From positions 271,769 through 335,768 of the forward strand of contig DASZPH010000085.1 in the NCBI GenBank assembly GCA_035550375.1: a stretch of 64,000 nucleotides of DNA. The letters run 5' to 3'. Each line of letters starts with the position of its first letter. Position 1 is the stretch's first letter. This document shows positions 58,329 through 64,000 of the stretch, piece by piece. Source of the stretch: Pirellulales bacterium (lineage in GTDB: Bacteria > Planctomycetota > Planctomycetia > Pirellulales > JAICIG01). A program made the translations under genes and the position numbers. The notes under the pieces were generated by a model. That model saw nothing but the letters and a program-made list of their open reading frames with translations, was not told the DNA's origin and did not search any database.

Positions 58329-60749
58329 ATGAGCGACGACTTCGATTTTGCGACCGGTATGCCCTCGGCGGAGATGGCCCAGTACCTGCAGATGTACCTG
58401 GACGAGACCTCGGAGCAGTTGGACGCGCTGGTCGAGTCTCTCTTGCTGCTGGAGTCGAACCCGACCGACGCCGGCCAGCTCAACGAATCATTTCGGCTGA
58501 TTCACTCCATCAAAGGCTCCTCGGCCATGATGGGGCTCGACGGCATCACCGCCCTGACCCACCACCTGGAGAACCATTTCGAGCGGCTGCGATCCGGCTT
58601 GCGCGAGTTGGACCAGGCGTCGATGGCCCTCATTCTTCGCGCGATCGACTTTCTGCGCGGGTGCAACGTCAGGCTGCGGGTGGGCGAGGCACTCGGTTCG
58701 GCCCCGGAGCTGCTCGGTGAGCTAAGCCTGCTGAGCTCCGGCGCCGGGCCGAGCGAAGGCCCCGCGGACGACAACCCACTGGCGGTCGAGCACGCAGGCG
58801 CGCCGGAGAGCCTGGAAGCGCCCTCCCCGCCGGCAACCACGCCCGAAGCAAGCGTGCCCTCGGCCGCGGTGACCACGAACTTTCGCGTGCTTGTACAGTT
58901 CGAAGCACAGCTGTCGCTGGCCGATCTCAAAGCCGAACTTGTGCTTCGGCGGTTGTCCGAAATCGCCACGGTCGAAGACACGCGTCCCGCTCGCTCGCAA
59001 CTGGAGAGCGTGGCCGATACGCGGTGGCTTGAGGTCCTGTTGTCCGCCGGTCGCTCGTCGGCCGAGGTGCGCGCCGCGGCCGACGTCGACGGAGTGGAGC
59101 TGGTCGAAATCGACGAAGGGGCAACGACGTTCGTCATGCCTGACACGGCCCCCGCTTTGCCTCCCGAAGCGGCTCCCCCCGCAAGCGAAAGGACGGTCGA
59201 CCTCGTCGGACTCTCCGTTCCCCAGGAAACCGGTGGCCTAGGCGAATCGCCGCCGCGCCCCGATCCGGAGCCGTCGCCAGTCGAAGCGGGCGAGGGCAAC
59301 AAGTCGAAGGTCGTCGAAACCGTTCGGGTCGACATCGCGCGGCTCGACAAGCTCATGAATCTCACGGGCGAACTGGTTGTCAACAAGGCGAGGTTCGTCG
59401 AGATCGCGCGGCGGATGGCGCCGGCGTTCAAGAAATCGACCATTTCCGGGCGCGTTCGGGCGCTCGGCGAATCGATGCGGCGAGCCATTCAACTGCTCGA
59501 GGCCCAGGCCGGAAACGGCGACGACGAGAGCGGCCTGAAGTGGAGAGAGCAACTCCACGACGTCGAGTCCGAGCTGTCCGTGCTGGAAACGATGTGGGAG
59601 GAAAGTCGCCGCGGTTTCGGGCAAATCACGGAGGCCATCGACCAGATGGCACGCGTCTCAGACAGCCTGCAGCGCGGCGTGCTCGACACCCGAATGGTGC
59701 CGATCGCGCCGCTTTTCAACCGCTTCAAGCGAGTCGTCCGCGACATCGCCCTGGAACTCGACAAGAAAGTGCAGCTCGAGATTGAGGGGGAAAAGACCGA
59801 GCTCGACAAGCGAATGATCGACGAACTGGGCGACCCCCTCATCCACCTGGTGCGCAACGCCATCGACCACGGCATCGAGCCGGCCGAAGTCCGCGTTCGC
59901 CGCGGCAAGTCTCCCATCGGCACGATCCGCCTGGAAGCGTCGCACAGCGGCAACACCGTCTACATCGCCGTGCGCGACGACGGAGGCGGCATCAACATCG
60001 ACAAGGTCCGCGAACGAATCGTCCAACGGGGTCTGCTCACGCAAGACGCCGCTCAAGGCCTCTCCGAAGGGGAAGTGATCGAATATATCTGGCACCCCGG
60101 ATTCAGCACGGCCGACGCGGTCTCCGATATTTCCGGTCGTGGCGTGGGCATGGACATCGTCAAGACGCGCATCGCCGAGCTGAACGGCACCGTCGGCATT
60201 CAGCACGTCGCCGCGCAAGGCACGACGTTTACCGTGCGTCTGCCGCTCACGTTGGCCATCATCCGCAGCCTGCTGTTCCGGGTGCGACAGGGGATTTTCG
60301 CCGTGCCGATGGACAATGTGCGCGAGATCGTATCGGTCAACGTCGATCAGGTGCTGGCGGTGCACGGACGTGAAACGTTTGACGTACGGGGCAAGTTTGT
60401 GCCCCTGGTGGGCATCGACGACATCTTCGACTGGCGGTGCGGAAACCACGCGAATCCGCCCGGTGCCGCGGCCGGCGACCAACCGGCGACCAAACGCATC
60501 GACGTCGTCATTCTCCACTCGGCCGACCGGACGATGGGGCTCAAAGTTGACGAGTTGCACGGCGGCCAGGAGATCGTCATCAAGTCGCTGGCCGAAAACT
60601 TCGTTCCCATCCGCGGGTTATCGGGAGCCAGCATTCTGGGCGACGGTACGGTTTGCCTGCTGCTCGACACGGCCGCCGCCATCAACATGGTCACCGAACC
60701 GCGGCGTCAGCGTCGGTCGCCGCTGGCAAAGCTAGCGCCGGCCGTTTGA
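58329..60749 (+). CDS. cheA: chemotaxis histidine kinase CheA
   Basis: Hpt 'LIHSIKGSSAMMG', dimerisation/HATPase 'DPLIHLVRNAIDHGIE', 'DDGGGI', 'GRGVGMDIV', C-terminal CheW-like domain. Confidence 0.9.
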   Translation: MSDDFDFATGMPSAEMAQYLQMYLDETSEQLDALVESLLLLESNPTDAGQLNESFRLIHSIKGSSAMMGLDGITALTHHLENHFERLRSGLRELDQASMALILRAIDFLRGCNVRLRVGEALGSAPELLGELSLLSSGAGPSEGPADDNPLAVEHAGAPESLEAPSPPATTPEASVPSAAVTTNFRVLVQFEAQLSLADLKAELVLRRLSEIATVEDTRPARSQLESVADTRWLEVLLSAGRSSAEVRAAADVDGVELVEIDEGATTFVMPDTAPALPPEAAPPASERTVDLVGLSVPQETGGLGESPPRPDPEPSPVEAGEGNKSKVVETVRVDIARLDKLMNLTGELVVNKARFVEIARRMAPAFKKSTISGRVRALGESMRRAIQLLEAQAGNGDDESGLKWREQLHDVESELSVLETMWEESRRGFGQITEAIDQMARVSDSLQRGVLDTRMVPIAPLFNRFKRVVRDIALELDKKVQLEIEGEKTELDKRMIDELGDPLIHLVRNAIDHGIEPAEVRVRRGKSPIGTIRLEASHSGNTVYIAVRDDGGGINIDKVRERIVQRGLLTQDAAQGLSEGEVIEYIWHPGFSTADAVSDISGRGVGMDIVKTRIAELNGTVGIQHVAAQGTTFTVRLPLTLAIIRSLLFRVRQGIFAVPMDNVREIVSVNVDQVLAVHGRETFDVRGKFVPLVGIDDIFDWRCGNHANPPGAAAGDQPATKRIDVVILHSADRTMGLKVDELHGGQEIVIKSLAENFVPIRGLSGASILGDGTVCLLLDTAAAINMVTEPRRQRRSPLAKLAPAV

Positions 60750-60786
60750 ACTCGCGAATCCCTCTGGCACGTCATCACACGCCGGC

Positions 60787-61401
60787 ATGCTCACACAACC
60801 ACAACTCGCTGCATTGACCGCCGTTTTCCAGCGGGGATCCGAGGAGGCATCCGTCGCGTTCTCGCGGTGGCTGGACCGGCGGGTAAGCGTCACCGTCGAG
60901 CCGCTCGAACAGCTCACGCTGGCTGCCGCCGCGGAAGAACTCCCCGACCCGGAGCGCCCGATCTGCTGCTGTGCCATGGGGCTGACAGGCCGGCTGAGCG
61001 GACAATTGCTTGTGGTCTTCGACGACGCCAGCGGCCTGGCGCTGGCCGATCTGCTTTTGGGCAGGCCGCTCGGCGCATCGACGCAGTGGGGCGAGATCGA
61101 ACGATCGGCCGCCCAAGAAACGGCCAACATTCTCGGCTGCGCGTACCTGAATTCGCTGGCCCGCAGCTTTCCCGACGCCGACGGTGAGCCGGACGGCCTG
61201 CTGCCGTCGCCGCCGAAGTTCGTGCGCGACTTTGCCGAATCGCTGCTTGAGTTCGCCCTGATGGACCAGGCCATGGCGTCGGACGTAGTCTTTCTGACCC
61301 GCAACCAGTTTCGCATCGAAGACGAGCCCGTGAGCTGCCGCTTGATGTTGGTTCCCGGCGCCCAGTGTCTGGCGGGTCTGCGAAAAATGTTGCCAAGTTA
61401 G
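60787..61401 (+). CDS. cheC: CheC-like chemotaxis phosphatase
   Basis: 'ERSAAQETANILGCAYLNSLA' matches the CheC/CheX 'E..A..E..NI' active-site helix. Position is before cheD. Confidence 0.7.
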   Translation: MLTQPQLAALTAVFQRGSEEASVAFSRWLDRRVSVTVEPLEQLTLAAAAEELPDPERPICCCAMGLTGRLSGQLLVVFDDASGLALADLLLGRPLGASTQWGEIERSAAQETANILGCAYLNSLARSFPDADGEPDGLLPSPPKFVRDFAESLLEFALMDQAMASDVVFLTRNQFRIEDEPVSCRLMLVPGAQCLAGLRKMLPS

Positions 61402-61404
61402 CAC

Positions 61405-61896
61405 ATGGAAATCCTTCGCAAGCCAGGCCGGCTTCCGTCGCTGCCGATGGGCGAAATCGCCGTCTCGCAGACGAGCGGCTCCTTGCGCACGCTGCTGGGT
61501 TCGTGCCTCGGCCTGGCGCTGTACGAACAGAAGCTGAAACTCGGGGCTTTGGCCCATATCGTGTTGCCGGCGTCGCTGGGGCGCACCGACCCGCCGGGCA
61601 AGTTCGCCGACACGGCCGTGCCGGCCATGATAGGCCGCATGCGGAAGCTGGTCGACAATCGACCGGTACGACTGCAAGCCAAGCTCGCGGGGGGCGCAAA
61701 TATGTTCGCGGCGGCCGGCGCCGTCAACACGGTGGGCTCGCAGAATGTATCCGCCATCGAACGCATCTTAAAGGAGCTGGGCATTCCCGTCGTTGCACGG
61801 CACTGCGGCGGAGAGCAGGGCCGCAAAATGACGTTTGACCTGGCTACCGGCCTGGTGACAATCGAAATCGTGGGCGCCGAGATTATTACGCTTTAG
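61405..61896 (+). CDS. cheD: chemoreceptor glutamine deamidase CheD
   Basis: 'LRTLLGSCLGLALYE...GALAHIVLP', 'AKLAGGANMF', 'QNVSAIERILKELGIPV' is the CheD pattern with the catalytic Cys. Confidence 0.85.
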   Translation: MEILRKPGRLPSLPMGEIAVSQTSGSLRTLLGSCLGLALYEQKLKLGALAHIVLPASLGRTDPPGKFADTAVPAMIGRMRKLVDNRPVRLQAKLAGGANMFAAAGAVNTVGSQNVSAIERILKELGIPVVARHCGGEQGRKMTFDLATGLVTIEIVGAEIITL

Positions 61897-61906
61897 GGAT
61901 AGCCGC

Positions 61907-62281
61907 ATGGCCAAACGAGTGTTGATCGTCGACGATGCCTTGATCATGCGGATGCGTATCAAGGAGATCGCGCTCGAGGCCGGCTGGGAGGTTGCCGGTG
62001 AGGCCGCCGACGGCGCCGAGGGCCTGGCCCGCTATCGCGAGCTTTCGCCTGACCTGACGACCCTCGACATCGTGATGCCGAATCTGGACGGCGTTTCCGT
62101 GTTGCGGCAGATCAAGCAGGAAAACCCGGCAGCGAAAGTCGTGATGGTCAGCGCCGTCGACCAGAAAGGCAAGCTTACGGAGTGCATCCAGTTGGGAGCC
62201 ATGGATTTCATCGTCAAGCCGTTCGATAAGGCGCGGCTCAAAAGCTTCTTCACCAAGTATGGAGGCGATCGGTCGCTTTGA
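61907..62281 (+). CDS. cheY: CheY-like response regulator
   Basis: Receiver domain 'VLIVDDALIMR', 'DLTTLDIVMPNLDG', 'VVMVSA', 'DFIVKPF'. Confidence 0.85.
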   Translation: MAKRVLIVDDALIMRMRIKEIALEAGWEVAGEAADGAEGLARYRELSPDLTTLDIVMPNLDGVSVLRQIKQENPAAKVVMVSAVDQKGKLTECIQLGAMDFIVKPFDKARLKSFFTKYGGDRSL

Positions 62282-63375
62282 CAGAGGAAGTGATTCGCAT
62301 CCTGGTGGTCGACGACTCGGCCCTCTATCGGCAGTTGGTGCGCAACGTGCTGCGCGACGTGCCCGGCGTTGAGGTTGTCGGCGCGGCGGGCAGCGGTCAG
62401 GAGGCGCTCGACCAGATCGAGCTGCTTGCCCCCGATTTGATCACGCTCGACGTGAACATGCCGGGCATTAACGGAATCGAAGTGCTGCGCCAGTTGCGCA
62501 AGCGGAGCTGTGCGACGAAGGCGATCATGCTGAGCGGGTTTACCGCCCAGGGGGCCCAGGTCACCACCGACGCCCTTCTGGAGGGCGCCTTCGATTTCAT
62601 CCTCAAACCAGCCGGAGCCAACGCCGAGGCGAATCGGACGGCGTTGCTCGCTGCGCTGTCGGAGAAGATCCAAGCCTATCGCAGCAGCCACGCGCGCCGC
62701 GCGCCAAAACGTAGCACATCGCCGGCCGCCAGTCCGACGGCAGGAATGGGCAGGTTGCCTGCCTCAAGGACGACCGCGGACGCGCCGTTCGAGGTCGTCG
62801 TCGTTGGCACGTCGACCGGAGGCCCTGTGGCACTGCGGCAGATCCTGCCTCAACTGCCGGGCGATCTGCCCGTACCGATTCTGGTGGTGCAGCACATGCC
62901 GCCCCAGTACACGCATTCGCTGGCCCAGCGATTGAACGAAGCTTCGCAGATCGAAGTCGTCGAGGCCTGCGAGGGGATGACGCTGGAAGCCGGGTGGGCC
63001 TTCATCGCCCCCGGGGGCCGGCAGATGAAAATCGCCCGGCGCGGCGGCCGGCTGGCGATTCAGCTTACGGACGATCCGCCCGAACACAGTTGTCGCCCCT
63101 CGGTCGACTATCTTTTTCGTTCGGCCGCCGAGGTTCTAAGCGGCAAGGTTCTGGCGATCGTGCTCACCGGAATGGGACGCGACGGAACCGAGGGATGCCG
63201 GCTGCTCAAGAACCGCGGGGCGACGGTGGTCGCCCAGCATCCCGAAGGCTGCGTCGTCTACGGCATGCCCAAAGCCGTAGCCGACGAACAGCTTGCCGAT
63301 CACGTCCTGCCGCTGGAATCGATTGCCGAGTTCGTCATCCGACAGGTTCGCTCGAAGCGAAAAATGGGCCGCTGA
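62278..63375 (+). CDS. cheB: protein-glutamate methylesterase/response regulator CheB
   Basis: Receiver 'ILVVDDSALYR...DLITLDVNMPGING' plus esterase 'VVVGTSTGGPVAL', 'ILVVQHMPPQYT', 'LTGMGRDG'. Overlaps the cheY stop. Confidence 0.9.
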   Translation: MTEEVIRILVVDDSALYRQLVRNVLRDVPGVEVVGAAGSGQEALDQIELLAPDLITLDVNMPGINGIEVLRQLRKRSCATKAIMLSGFTAQGAQVTTDALLEGAFDFILKPAGANAEANRTALLAALSEKIQAYRSSHARRAPKRSTSPAASPTAGMGRLPASRTTADAPFEVVVVGTSTGGPVALRQILPQLPGDLPVPILVVQHMPPQYTHSLAQRLNEASQIEVVEACEGMTLEAGWAFIAPGGRQMKIARRGGRLAIQLTDDPPEHSCRPSVDYLFRSAAEVLSGKVLAIVLTGMGRDGTEGCRLLKNRGATVVAQHPEGCVVYGMPKAVADEQLADHVLPLESIAEFVIRQVRSKRKMGR

Positions 63376-63376
63376 A

Positions 63377-64000
63377 ATGACCGCCGACACCGCAACTCCA
63401 GCCCCGATCGCCCTCATTGCCGAAGACAGCCGCATTCAGGCCAAGATCCTGCAGAACCGGCTGACCCAGGCCGGCTACGACGTCCGCGTCGCGGGCGACG
63501 GAGCGGCCGCCCTGGAAATGGTCCGCCGCCAGAAGCCGGACATCATCATCTCCGACATCGAGATGCCCCGGATGACGGGCTACGAGTTGTGCCGCGCCGT
63601 CAAGCAGGACCCCGACCTGCACCTGGTGCCGGTCATCCTGCTTTCGACACTCTCCGATTCCGTCGACATCATCAAAGGGCTCGACGCCGGGGCGGACAAC
63701 TATGTGACCAAGCCCTACGATCCGGACTATCTGCTGGCACGCGTCGAGTCGCTGCTCAAGACCCCCGTCGACGACGCCGGTCCAGAGAGCGACCTGGCGG
63801 TGACGCTCGCCGGGCAGACATTTCACGTCAAATCGGGGCGCCGGCAGGTTCTCAACCTGCTGGTCTCGACGTTCGAGAACGCGGTGGAGAAGAACCGCGA
63901 GTTGCACCGCCTCAACGAGCAACTCACGCTGGCCAAAGAGAAGCTGCAGCAGTGGAACGTGGAACTGAAGTCGCTCAACCGGCAGCTCGACACCGCCAAC
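63377..64000 (+). CDS. response regulator with coiled-coil continuation (3' end beyond window)
   Basis: ATG 63377 lies 2 nt after the cheB stop and the frame stays open to base 64000. 'IALIAEDSRIQ', 'DIIISDIEMPRMTG', 'VILLST', 'YVTKPYD'. Not in the track because no stop is reached. Confidence 0.8.
   Translation, partial: MTADTATPAPIALIAEDSRIQAKILQNRLTQAGYDVRVAGDGAAALEMVRRQKPDIIISDIEMPRMTGYELCRAVKQDPDLHLVPVILLSTLSDSVDIIKGLDAGADNYVTKPYDPDYLLARVESLLKTPVDDAGPESDLAVTLAGQTFHVKSGRRQVLNLLVSTFENAVEKNRELHRLNEQLTLAKEKLQQWNVELKSLNRQLDTAN

Overview
High-GC bacterial chromosomal window. The gene content looks planctomycete-like (inference only): an ECF sigma/anti-sigma pair, alternative complex III fused to a caa3-type oxidase operon, DUF3500, a PQQ-propeller, an LRR lipoprotein, Gly-rich secreted proteins and many Arg/Pro-rich shadow ORFs. 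Layout by region:
- 0.6-2.9 kb: ECF sigma, anti-sigma and a PDZ protein.
- 3.3-16.2 kb: one tightly coupled respiratory operon (actABCDEF, small membrane protein, SCO1, cox II-I-III-IV).
- 16.2-20.1 kb: PQQ-propeller, parvulin, EEP-family protein, deoC.
- 20.3-32.2 kb: a minus-strand cluster of membrane GTPase, atypical Ser/Thr kinase, 1348-aa transmembrane giant, secreted helical protein and TerY-like vWA protein. This is my best candidate for an undescribed system.
- 32.4-41.7 kb: hypotheticals, uvrA, a GyrI-like protein, ygiQ radical-SAM.
- 42.2-47 kb: a visibly lower-GC island with an IS1-like transposase, a 59-aa RHH ORF missed by the ORF track, and a tRNA-like gene that folds only as a non-canonical 9/3 cloverleaf with a long variable arm and anticodon UAU.
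- 47-55 kb: LRR lipoprotein, DUF3500, copper amine oxidase, and two Gly-rich paralogues (one frameshifted) around an NTF2-like protein.
- 55.1-64 kb: a complete chemosensory cluster (cheW, soluble double-PAS MCP, cheR, cheA, cheC, cheD, cheY, cheB, plus an extra response regulator running off the window).
No rRNA and no CRISPR array were seen. All family assignments come from motifs read by eye; no database search was possible.
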